In this document: positions 17,855-25,938 of the stretch, piece after piece | Position numbering within the stretch: position 1 is the stretch's first letter | How the letters are laid out: the number at the start of each line of letters is the position of its first letter | From: a virus | DNA length: 64,000 nt | Reading direction: 5' to 3' (one strand) | IMG/VR virus record: IMGVR_UViG_3300021957_000004 | Position numbers and translations under genes: made by a program | Notes under the pieces: model-generated | Told to the model about the DNA's origin: nothing | The model's input: only the letters and a program-made list of their open reading frames with translations | Database searches by the model: none

Positions 17855-17964
17855 GATGGGACGAGTGGGTGTAATGCGTAAGGCTTTAAATAGCGAACCG
17901 TTTCCCAGAATCCTTTCTTGTGACGTAACTGTGACAATTCGTGACGAAATAGTCACAAAAAAAG

Positions 17965-17994
17965 GTTTACAAACTACCAAAACTACGGTATAAT
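17965..17994 (+). promoter_or_regulatory. T4-type early promoter
   Basis: GTTTACA-N17-TATAAT preceded by an A tract and GTGAC repeats. Confidence 0.85.
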
Positions 17995-18025
17995 ACATAC
18001 ATCATTTAAAAATTAAGGAGTTAAA

Positions 18026-18526
18026 ATGAAATTAGTAATTAACACACAATATAGAGAAAACTACGCGGCTCATGACGAAGATTATGTTCACGGTGTTTCT
18101 GAAGCATATTGGAAATTCAAAGGCGGTACTACTTACGTGGTTCCTAATTTTACGGATTCCGTAAACATCACAGAGGTTATGAAAAACCTTACTACTCTTA
18201 TCGAGTACGGTAATGCTGGTTCAGAGGAATATATCCTCGGTTACGAAATCTTTGAAGATAACGCAAAGGTCTGTGAAAACTGGGAAACTGTTACTCAGGT
18301 ATTTTATAATACGGATAATGTTACTGCTCTTAAGGTTACAGATAACCGCGAAGATGGTTGGATGAGATCAGAGATCTTGGAAAAGACCGAAGCTTGGACT
18401 ATGCTTCCTGAATCAAAAAGAGGAAAATATGCAGCATCTTACCTAATGCGTGATGGTGACATTTGTGAAAGCCAAAAAGATCTTGAAAACTGGTTCGATA
18501 CATGCGGCCAAGTGGAGGTAGTATAA
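18026..18526 (+). CDS. Hypothetical early protein
   Basis: 166 aa; TAAGGAG RBS; TQYRENY...YWKFKGG motif. Confidence 0.8.
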   Translation: MKLVINTQYRENYAAHDEDYVHGVSEAYWKFKGGTTYVVPNFTDSVNITEVMKNLTTLIEYGNAGSEEYILGYEIFEDNAKVCENWETVTQVFYNTDNVTALKVTDNREDGWMRSEILEKTEAWTMLPESKRGKYAASYLMRDGDICESQKDLENWFDTCGQVEVV

Positions 18527-18753
18527 TGAGAATTAGTACCTATTTAATGACTGTCGATCCTTTAGATGCAGGCGGTATGCTAGAATTAGAAACCATTAGA
18601 AAAGCTTTAAAGATCGCAGGTAATGTATTTGGTCTACACGTAAGAGGAAGAGGACCAAGAAAAGAAGCTGGTCTAAAAGATGGTAAAAATTATACATCGT
18701 ATTTACCTCTTAGACATGCAACAAGATACGATGTTTATTTAAGGAGAAGATAA
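18526..18753 (+). CDS. Hypothetical protein
   Basis: ATG 18526 with GGAGG RBS; RGRGPR...YDVY motif. Confidence 0.7.
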   Translation: MRISTYLMTVDPLDAGGMLELETIRKALKIAGNVFGLHVRGRGPRKEAGLKDGKNYTSYLPLRHATRYDVYLRRR

Positions 18754-18947
18754 TGGAAAGATATTTAATAACAACAGAGTCATACGTATATGCTAAAGAC
18801 GAGAAAGCTGCAAAGTCACTCGCAGGATATATTCAAGGCAAACAAAGAAAGTCATATGACAACCAATGTCATGTAACAAAATTAGAGTACGCCCCGTTTG
18901 GTGGTGGATTCTCAGACAAGAATTTAATCGAAGGAGAGATACTATAA
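18753..18947 (+). CDS. Hypothetical protein
   Basis: 64 aa; TAATG-coupled; AAGGAG RBS. Confidence 0.7.
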   Translation: MERYLITTESYVYAKDEKAAKSLAGYIQGKQRKSYDNQCHVTKLEYAPFGGGFSDKNLIEGEIL

Positions 18948-19213
18948 TGCATCAGTCCAAATATAGGGTATCAGTTAACAAAGTTAATAATGGTGTTCAA
19001 CACATATATTCATTTCCAAATGGTTATGGAGCTAGTGTAATTAAACATGATGGTAGCTATGGTGGTAACCTAGGACTATGGGAATTAGCTGTATTAGATG
19101 ATGAAGGATCTTTATGTTATTCTACACCTATTACATCTGATGTTATAGGACATCTTTCCGATGAGGAAGTTATTTTGAAATTAAATGAAATTAGGGGTTT
19201 ACAAACATCGTAA
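18947..19213 (+). CDS. Conserved phage hypothetical protein
   Basis: FPNGYGASVI...SYGG...LWELAVL...TPITSDVIGHL motif. Confidence 0.75.
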   Translation: MHQSKYRVSVNKVNNGVQHIYSFPNGYGASVIKHDGSYGGNLGLWELAVLDDEGSLCYSTPITSDVIGHLSDEEVILKLNEIRGLQTS

Positions 19214-19226
19214 ACTATGGTATAAT
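19197..19226 (+). promoter_or_regulatory. T4-type early promoter
   Basis: GTTTACA-N17-TATAAT. Confidence 0.85.
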
Positions 19227-19260
19227 ACACCCTACAAACAAATATTAATAAGGAGTTAAT

Positions 19261-19578
19261 ATGAATAGATTAGAATTAATCAAACAAGCGGCACTAAAAG
19301 CCAAAGCAAAAAAAGAAAAAACCACAGTCGAAGAACTAAAATTCCAAGAAACAGTTCGTAACCTCGACAAGCGTAAAGCTAAAATCAAAGAAGAAATGAA
19401 ACTACATAAGAAGCTTACTGCTTCGGTAAAGAAAGCTGGCAAACAAACCGCTAGCTCTTTAGAATGTTTTGCTCCAGAAAATATGTATTATTCAGAAAAA
19501 GATACTAATCGTTTTTTAGAAAACTCATCTTACATGGATGCATATAATGCTAATAGATCAGCAGATGGAGATTACTAA
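19261..19578 (+). CDS. Hypothetical Lys-rich early protein
   Basis: 105 aa; TAAGGAG RBS; first gene after a promoter. Confidence 0.75.
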   Translation: MNRLELIKQAALKAKAKKEKTTVEELKFQETVRNLDKRKAKIKEEMKLHKKLTASVKKAGKQTASSLECFAPENMYYSEKDTNRFLENSSYMDAYNANRSADGDY

Positions 19579-19757
19579 TGAGAGAAGTTTTATTTAATTA
19601 TGGTGATGCTAAAATCCTTAAGGATAAGTCACCAGGTGGGATACCAAGATGGATTGTACAATGGAATGACGGTTCTATGCAAATATATAATGCAGCTTGG
19701 TACCACCTAAAAACAGTTAAAGGTTTTGTAGTTAAAACCTTAGGAGAAATGAAATGA
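19578..19757 (+). CDS. Hypothetical protein (59 aa)
   Basis: Manual translation MREVLFNYGDAKILKDKSPGGIPRWIVQWNDGSMQIYNAAWYHLKTVKGFVVKTLGEMK; coupled by TAATG and ATGA overlaps. Confidence 0.65.
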   Translation: MREVLFNYGDAKILKDKSPGGIPRWIVQWNDGSMQIYNAAWYHLKTVKGFVVKTLGEMK

Positions 19758-20023
19758 GTCAATATGATAGCAGAGTCGAAAAACAAAGATTAAAGATAGA
19801 AGCTGAAGAATGGGCCAAAGGTGTTAAATCACTACACGCACATTCATTGGATTCAATGCACTATGACAATCGACCACAGGATACCGAAGATGGTAAAAAT
19901 GTTATGGATATAGAGTTCAATGACGGAAGCGTTAAAAGAACTTTACAAAATGGTGAAGTAGTTATATTAGGAAAAGCCTTAAGAGGTAAAGAATTACTAA
20001 ATCAATTTATTAGAAATCAATAA
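19754..20023 (+). CDS. Hypothetical protein
   Basis: 89 aa; AGGAG RBS. Confidence 0.7.
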   Translation: MSQYDSRVEKQRLKIEAEEWAKGVKSLHAHSLDSMHYDNRPQDTEDGKNVMDIEFNDGSVKRTLQNGEVVILGKALRGKELLNQFIRNQ

Positions 20024-20026
20024 GGG

Positions 20027-20056
20027 GTTTACATCTCTTAGAAATTGTGGTATAAT
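20027..20056 (+). promoter_or_regulatory. T4-type early promoter
   Basis: GTTTACA-N17-TATAAT with TGTGG. Confidence 0.85.
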
Positions 20057-20063
20057 ATATATT

Positions 20064-20420
20064 ATGAGTACAACAAACTTTTACATGGGTTCATTAAGAT
20101 ATGGACCATCTGGGAAAAAAAGAAAGAAGCATGCGGCTAACCCAGTTAAAAAAACAAGGCCAAAGTTCATACCTATGGAAATAGATCCTGTTAAACAGGC
20201 AGCAGCATTAAAAGCTGCAGATATCAAAGAGCAAGAAAGAGTAGATTTTCTACAAAGACTTTCCAAGACTCAAAATGATAACATGGGTAAAAAAGAAAAT
20301 CTCCAATATACCGGAGAAAGAAAATTAGTAGGTATTGCAACAATGCATAAGTCAAATGCAGTACCAATCTTCGAAGACGATAAGGAACACGCTATAGATA
20401 TAGCACGTATGCGAAGATGA
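20064..20420 (+). CDS. Conserved hypothetical protein
   Basis: YTGERKLVGIATMHKSNAVPIF...DIARMRR motif familiar from T4-like phages. Confidence 0.75.
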   Translation: MSTTNFYMGSLRYGPSGKKRKKHAANPVKKTRPKFIPMEIDPVKQAAALKAADIKEQERVDFLQRLSKTQNDNMGKKENLQYTGERKLVGIATMHKSNAVPIFEDDKEHAIDIARMRR

Positions 20421-20428
20421 ACAATTTC

Positions 20429-20479
20429 GGGGTATGTCGCTCTTTAACTCCTTATCTTTCAGAATGCGACCTCTGCCCC
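20429..20479 (+). ncRNA. Candidate structured RNA with an anti-Shine-Dalgarno loop
   Basis: Stems GGGGTA/TGCCCC, GTCGC/GCGAC and TCT/AGA enclose loop TTAACTCCTTATCTTTC, complementary to AAGGAGTTAA RBSs. Confidence 0.55.
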
Positions 20480-20498
20480 ACTTTATTATAAGGAAATT

Positions 20499-21680
20499 AT
20501 GGCACTTAAAAAATTAAATAAGAAAAGAATCTCGATGAGGAAAGATAGAGTTTCTTTAGATGCAAAGATGATGGGTCCAGAACCTCTCTTCACAGAAGAA
20601 GATGGACACATGGACATTGAAGAACAATACGATGGAAAGATTGGCCGAAAATGGGCTAAAGCTTCCAGATGGTATAATTACTTTTATCAAAACAAAGATT
20701 ACCTTCCACACGCAGTAGACTTTCTAAGAGATGTATATGGTTGGGATGATGATAAGTTAAAAGTCTTTTTACGTTTACCCGATTATACAATTAGAAGAGT
20801 CGGTGGGGTTGGCGTTATATGGTCAAGAGGTTACAAATATGATCCATTGTTTATCGAAGGCTTTAAACCTATTACTGATGAACTATATGAAAAAGCTACT
20901 TTATTAGAAGAGCAAAGAGTAGAAGCAGTAAAAGAAAAACCTAAAATGCCTAGTATACAAGAAAGAACTAGAGCAAAGGTATTAGAAACCATTTATATGG
21001 AATTTGATGTTAACGTAGTTGATGAATGGATGGAAGGTAATTATAAAGTTGACTTCGAAGCATTCTCTCTATTTAAAAACTTTGGATTAAAAGGTAATGC
21101 TATTTCTATATTCCAAGACATGATCGATGTAGAATATCTAGGACTAAAAGAAGCATACGATAAAACATGTCCTGATTGTGTAGAAGCTTATTCACACATT
21201 ACGAAAGGCAATAAAAAGAAAATGCTCAACGTATACGACAATATTTATTCTGACCTTGATAAACTTAAAGATAGCTTTAAAGCGACGCGTAAGGCGCGTG
21301 TACGTGTCCCTAGGAGCAACGAACAACAGGTATCTAAGTTAAACTATATGAAAGAAGACTTAGCAGCTAAGTTAACATCTATTAATCCTATCCTTATTCC
21401 AACCGCATCTAAGCTATATGTTTATAATGTTAAACAAGGTAAGCTTGCAGAATACACTGCATTAGATGCTAAGGGTTTCGAGATCGCTGGATCTACTATT
21501 AAGAACTATGATACTAAACTAAGTAAAATAACTAAGTTAAGAAAGCCAGAGGAAATACTACCGCTTATTCTAAACAAAACAGAAAAGCAAATACTAAAAG
21601 TATGGAAAGGATTAACAACAAAGATTTATGAACCAACAGGCCGAATCAACAAGGACTGTATTTTAATGAGAGTAATATAA
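20499..21680 (+). CDS. Conserved hypothetical protein upstream of gp33
   Basis: 393 aa; C-terminal KLRKPEE...GRINKDCILMRV; position before gp33. Confidence 0.75.
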   Translation: MALKKLNKKRISMRKDRVSLDAKMMGPEPLFTEEDGHMDIEEQYDGKIGRKWAKASRWYNYFYQNKDYLPHAVDFLRDVYGWDDDKLKVFLRLPDYTIRRVGGVGVIWSRGYKYDPLFIEGFKPITDELYEKATLLEEQRVEAVKEKPKMPSIQERTRAKVLETIYMEFDVNVVDEWMEGNYKVDFEAFSLFKNFGLKGNAISIFQDMIDVEYLGLKEAYDKTCPDCVEAYSHITKGNKKKMLNVYDNIYSDLDKLKDSFKATRKARVRVPRSNEQQVSKLNYMKEDLAAKLTSINPILIPTASKLYVYNVKQGKLAEYTALDAKGFEIAGSTIKNYDTKLSKITKLRKPEEILPLILNKTEKQILKVWKGLTTKIYEPTGRINKDCILMRVI

Positions 21681-21919
21681 TGGATATATTAAATGAAAAG
21701 ATTATGACTAAGAAAAGATTTAGTACAGCAGTAGAAGAGCTAGTTGCTAAAAACAAAATGTCATATATGGATGCTATGAACTACGTGATAGAAAAAAGAG
21801 GTATGGATTATGGAAACATAAAGAAACTACTATCTGATTCTTTAAAAGAAAAAGTTACAGCAGAAGCCCAGGGGTTAAACCTAATCAGAGATAAGAAAGG
21901 TAATACATTACCAGTATGA
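21680..21919 (+). CDS. gp33: Late transcription coactivator gp33
   Basis: FSTAVEELV...SYMDA...LKEKVTAEAQGLNLI...LPV; gene order 33-59-32. Confidence 0.88.
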   Translation: MDILNEKIMTKKRFSTAVEELVAKNKMSYMDAMNYVIEKRGMDYGNIKKLLSDSLKEKVTAEAQGLNLIRDKKGNTLPV

Positions 21920-22506
21920 TGCAACCTTTTGATGCATATAGTATGTACAATGCACTTAAGCTGCATTTCGAACAAGACAGCTATGATGCAGTTAAATACA
22001 ATTTTAAATCTAACGTAAGTCCTAAATCGTTCTTTGCTAGGAAAGATAAATACTTCTTTGCCAAACTAGCTAAGACTTATGACGATAAACTCTTACAGTA
22101 TTATATAGCTAACTTTAAGAATGGGATTAGTTACGTTGGGGATATGCTAAACGAAGGTGGTGAAACTAACTTTAAGCAGCATATGAAAGTTCGCGAGTCA
22201 ATACATCGTGAGTTTCAAAAAGATATAAATAGTTTAATAGATATGGATATACAGTTTGATGATTTGTTTATGACAAAGCAAACGCATCCATTGATAGTAA
22301 AATTATTGATGAGAGAAGAGATTAGTTTAGAGACTGTTGTTATTCTGGATTCAATATTAGGGTTTATGAAACGTGAAGGATCTAAGATAACTGAGACAAT
22401 TATTTGGCCAGATATCTCTAGAAAGATTATGAAGTATAAACCTTTTGTAGACTTTAATAAAGATAAATGCGTAAGTATTATCAAAAAAGGGTTTACAAAA
22501 CCATAG
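21916..22506 (+). CDS. gp59: Helicase loader gp59
   Basis: YNALKLHF...YDAVKYN...RKDKYFFAKL, ISLETVVILD, KYKPF. Confidence 0.9.
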   Translation: MMQPFDAYSMYNALKLHFEQDSYDAVKYNFKSNVSPKSFFARKDKYFFAKLAKTYDDKLLQYYIANFKNGISYVGDMLNEGGETNFKQHMKVRESIHREFQKDINSLIDMDIQFDDLFMTKQTHPLIVKLLMREEISLETVVILDSILGFMKREGSKITETIIWPDISRKIMKYKPFVDFNKDKCVSIIKKGFTKP

Positions 22507-22520
22507 GAGTGTGGTATAAT
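22491..22520 (+). promoter_or_regulatory. T4-type early promoter for gene 32
   Basis: GTTTACA-N17-TATAAT with TGTGG. Confidence 0.85.
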
Positions 22521-22583
22521 ATACTCATTATATTATGAACAAAGTGGATAATTCAACAATACAGTGTACATGGAGAAAATAAA

Positions 22584-23492
22584 ATGTCATTCGAAAACTT
22601 AAAGAGCGCACGAGGCTCATCAATCGATAAACTCGTAAAAGCTGCAGAAGCAGTATCCACCCCAAAAGCGGACAACTCATCTTATGGTGATGATCGTCTT
22701 TGGAAACCTACAAGAGATAAAGCAGGAAACGGTTACGCGGTAATCAGATTCTTACCTGCCAAAGAAGGTGAAGATCTTCCTTGGGTAAGATACTGGGATC
22801 ACGGATTTAAAGGTCCTAATGGTCTATGGTACATAGAGAAATCATTAACCTCTATTAATCAACCAGACCCTGTCTCAGAACAAAATACTGTTCTTTGGAA
22901 TACTGGTAGAGATGAGGATAAAGCTATTGCACGTGAAAGGAAAAGACGTTTACATTATGTTTCAAACATTCTAGTAATCAGTGATCCTGAACACCCAGAA
23001 AATAATGGAAAGGTATTCCTTTACCAATTCGGTAAAAGAATCTTCGACAAAGTTATGGAAGCTATGCAACCACAATTCGCCGATGAGCAACCTTGTAATC
23101 CATACGACTTCTGGGAAGGCGCTGACTTTAAAATTAAAATCAGAAAAGTAGATGGATGGGTTAACTATGATAAATCAGAGTTCTCAAGTCCTTCAGCATT
23201 ATTTGATAGTAATGAAGCAGAGCTAGAAAGTGTATATGGGAAACTACATTCATTAAGTGAATTCACTGATCCTAAATCATATAAATCATATGACGAACTT
23301 AAAGCCAAACTTAATAAAGTATTAGGTGTTGATGCTGGAATTACTGCCGATATGGCAACTATGACTAGCGCTCCTGTTCCAACAATGGAACAAACACCTT
23401 CAATGATAGAAGAATCTCCAGCAATGGAAACCTCTTCTAGCGATGAAGATGATACGTTAAGTTACTTTAATAAATTAGCTAACGAGAGTTAA
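22584..23492 (+). CDS. gp32: Single-stranded DNA-binding protein gp32
   Basis: DDRLWKP..DKAGNGYAVIRFLP, WYIEKS, NYDKSEF, acidic tail DDTLSYFNKLA. Confidence 0.96.
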   Translation: MSFENLKSARGSSIDKLVKAAEAVSTPKADNSSYGDDRLWKPTRDKAGNGYAVIRFLPAKEGEDLPWVRYWDHGFKGPNGLWYIEKSLTSINQPDPVSEQNTVLWNTGRDEDKAIARERKRRLHYVSNILVISDPEHPENNGKVFLYQFGKRIFDKVMEAMQPQFADEQPCNPYDFWEGADFKIKIRKVDGWVNYDKSEFSSPSALFDSNEAELESVYGKLHSLSEFTDPKSYKSYDELKAKLNKVLGVDAGITADMATMTSAPVPTMEQTPSMIEESPAMETSSSDEDDTLSYFNKLANES

Positions 23493-23512
23493 CTAATAGA
23501 TCTTACGATCGG

Positions 23513-23539
23513 AAGGGGTGCGAAAGCGCCCCTTTTTTT
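23513..23539 (+). terminator. Rho-independent terminator
   Basis: AAGGGGTGC-GAAA-GCGCCCCTT stem-loop followed by a T run, between convergent genes. Confidence 0.9.
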
Positions 23540-25346
23540 ATCTGCTGGTTACAGATCCAAGAACAGAAGTTGCTCTTGTAATTGGACTTTGTACTACTGT
23601 TGATCGAATAGAAGTAGCATTAGTAACATTACCACCTGTTGCGTTAGTAATTACTGCGCTTACAGATTGACCTGCAGATTTCTGTGCTTCATTGGATTGT
23701 GACTTTGCTAATATCTCACTGCCATCTACTGTAGTTTTCGGATCTACCTGGCTCGATATATCTGGCATTTCACCTGATAACATTTTTTCCATATCAGCAT
23801 CTGTTTGTCCTGTATCTGGACCTTTCTCTGCCGCAGCTGCTTCATTCTTAGCTCTTATCTCATCAGCTGCTCTTTTACCTCTTCCGGTATCAAGACCCTT
23901 AGAGATAGCATCTAATGCTGACGTGTCGAAATCATCTCCAAATAACCATTTGGCTGCTCTCTTACCTAAGAAGGATATCATTTTTCTTGGGATGTATGTA
24001 ATCCCATTTACGATCGATGCTAAGAAGTCAACAAAATATAACATTGCAACTTTTAACGTATCCATTATACTTGCGCCAGGTCCTAATGAATCTTGTAGCT
24101 TTTTAAACCCGAAGTATAAACCACCTATTAATGCCATGATAGCTAATATAGGTACTAGTATTGGAGCCATCGCAACCACTATTGGTGTTATCGCTGTCAT
24201 CATACTCATAAATGCAGCATATAGAGTTGGGATAAATGTTCCCATCATAAAGATTCTAAATACCCTAGCTGCTTTTAGTGCAGTACCAATAACCTTAATT
24301 AACTTACCACCAAACAATAATGCTAATGATCCAACTAATAGACCAAAGGTTCCCATGTTTTCTGAAAATAGTGATCCAGCTTCTTCAAAGTCACCACGTA
24401 AAAGAGCAGAGATCGTATTAAATACAATAGAAGCTTTCTCTATTATATCAACCATGATTGCTTGGAATTTTTCTGGATCTAAGAACATTAAAGCTAAACC
24501 AGTTAGTCCAGCTAGAAGTCCTGCTCCTTTAGCTCCTGCGGAAACCGTTTCATCGAACTTATCACCAAACTCTTCGAAACCTTTAGCCATTTGGAATAAT
24601 CTAGAGTTAGCTTCTTCGTTAAGCTTTCGTGCCTCTCTTCTGTTTTCTTCTGATTCTGCACCTTTTGCTATTTCAGCAAGTTGAGCATTAGCAAGTTCTA
24701 TCCCTCTATCATCACCATCTTCTATTGCTGATTTTAGATCTTCGTTTGCTTTATTATATGAATCTTGTAATTCTTTAACTTCACCCTTTAGGTTTCTTCC
24801 GAAAGCTCCGCCAAGTTTTTTTAATGATCTTTGTAGATCTTTATTTAAAGTATCATCATCTAAAACTTTTTTACTTTCTTCAAGCTTTGATATAATACCT
24901 TTTACGCCTTCAAGATTATTTTTACTCTCTTGATCGTTCCAAGTTGTTTGTAATTTTAAAAGATCACTAGATTGTGATTCAATAGCGGTTAGTTCTTTTA
25001 ATCTATTATCTAAGGTTTTGTCAGTTTTAGATCCGGCAAGAAGTTCAACAGAAGCATTCAAAGCCTTCTGCATTTTTTCTGCAGATTTATATTCTCCTGT
25101 TGCTCTTAACTCATCTATTTTTAGCTGAGCATCTTGCATTTTAACAAGAGCATCTGCTTTGACCTGTGCTCGTTTAGATGCTCCGTCCGTGGCATTGATT
25201 AACTTATTAAGATGTTTATTCGTAGATACAACTTCTTTCTTAGTATCTTTCTCTACTTTTTTATCTTCCTTCTTTGACTTTGCCGGCTCTTTTCTTTCTG
25301 CTATCGGCTTTTGCTTTGAAGTTGTAGGTTTTTTATCGTCTGCCAT
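23538..25346 (-). CDS. Putative tape measure / tail length determinant (gp29-like)
   Basis: 602 aa; long coiled-coil N-half and hydrophobic helical middle; lies downstream of gp26/gp51. Call rests on position, size and composition. Confidence 0.55.
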   Translation of the reverse strand: MADDKKPTTSKQKPIAERKEPAKSKKEDKKVEKDTKKEVVSTNKHLNKLINATDGASKRAQVKADALVKMQDAQLKIDELRATGEYKSAEKMQKALNASVELLAGSKTDKTLDNRLKELTAIESQSSDLLKLQTTWNDQESKNNLEGVKGIISKLEESKKVLDDDTLNKDLQRSLKKLGGAFGRNLKGEVKELQDSYNKANEDLKSAIEDGDDRGIELANAQLAEIAKGAESEENRREARKLNEEANSRLFQMAKGFEEFGDKFDETVSAGAKGAGLLAGLTGLALMFLDPEKFQAIMVDIIEKASIVFNTISALLRGDFEEAGSLFSENMGTFGLLVGSLALLFGGKLIKVIGTALKAARVFRIFMMGTFIPTLYAAFMSMMTAITPIVVAMAPILVPILAIMALIGGLYFGFKKLQDSLGPGASIMDTLKVAMLYFVDFLASIVNGITYIPRKMISFLGKRAAKWLFGDDFDTSALDAISKGLDTGRGKRAADEIRAKNEAAAAEKGPDTGQTDADMEKMLSGEMPDISSQVDPKTTVDGSEILAKSQSNEAQKSAGQSVSAVITNATGGNVTNATSIRSTVVQSPITRATSVLGSVTSR

Positions 25347-25355
25347 TAGTTAGTC

Positions 25356-25739
25356 CTAATCTGGGTTACTGTCACCGTGTTCTTTTGCTGCACTTGATGT
25401 ATATAAACCGAACCAAGCTGCGCCTGCACCTACTAAGATACTGATTAAGCCTGATTGCTCAAGTGATGGTTCTGGTAATTCCATAAACCAGAATGTAGCA
25501 TAATATAATAAGTACATGTAAATAGATAAGAATAGTCTCGGTATAACTCTCCATGCATCTAGTGTTTTAGCTGCAAAGACCCATTTTTGCCACGGGTTCT
25601 TCCTATCATTTGTTGTTAATTCAAAAATTTCTTGTTTTAATTCACCAATCTCGGTAACCATAGCCATAAACTTTTTAAGGTCTATTTCTACTTCATTACG
25701 ATCCATGTCACCTTGAAACTGTCCTGTTGGTTGATTCAT
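25356..25739 (-). CDS. Two-TM membrane protein
   Basis: LDAWRVIPRLFLSIYMYLLY...EQSGLISILVGAGAAWFGLY; GAGG RBS. Confidence 0.7.
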   Translation of the reverse strand: MNQPTGQFQGDMDRNEVEIDLKKFMAMVTEIGELKQEIFELTTNDRKNPWQKWVFAAKTLDAWRVIPRLFLSIYMYLLYYATFWFMELPEPSLEQSGLISILVGAGAAWFGLYTSSAAKEHGDSNPD

Positions 25740-25740
25740 T

Positions 25741-25938
25741 TTATTTCCTCATTTTAGCTTGCTGTTGTTGCAACCTTTCGTTCTCCTTTTGGATATGATC
25801 CTGCAGGAGAGCAATGTAAATTTCCCTCTCCCATGGCATCATATTTTCCAATTCGGTTAACGAATAACCGTGATGCTGCATCATTGCAAAGTTAGTCTTG
25901 TAATGGTTTACAAGGCTATCATGCGAGAGGCCTAAGTA
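25741..25938 (-). CDS. gp51: gp51-like baseplate hub assembly protein, probably the -1 frameshift extension of gp26
   Basis: Manual translation YLGLSHDSLVNHYKTNFAMMQHHGYSLTELENMMPWEREIYIALLQDHIQKENERLQQQQAKMRK; first ATG only at 25884. Confidence 0.8.
   Translation of the reverse strand, partial: YLGLSHDSLVNHYKTNFAMMQHHGYSLTELENMMPWEREIYIALLQDHIQKENERLQQQQAKMRK

Noticed and set aside
17931-17956. matS or canonical CRP site
   Set aside because: matS needs GTGAC-N3-GTCAC and CRP needs TGTGA-N6-TCACA; spacing here is N6 and N8 respectively, so it is kept only as an unassigned motif.
17691-17993. 100-aa plus ORF and 105-aa minus ORF over the GTGAC region
   Set aside because: They overlap the phosphatase gene and a clear promoter; no RBS or recognisable motif.
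22521-22583. T4-like gene 32 autoregulatory pseudoknot
   Set aside because: The leader is A/T-rich and I could not find convincing paired stems by eye.
23692-24684. 330-aa plus-strand ORF
   Set aside because: Antisense shadow of the 602-aa minus-strand gene; TTG start, no RBS or motif, composition typical of reverse-read codons.
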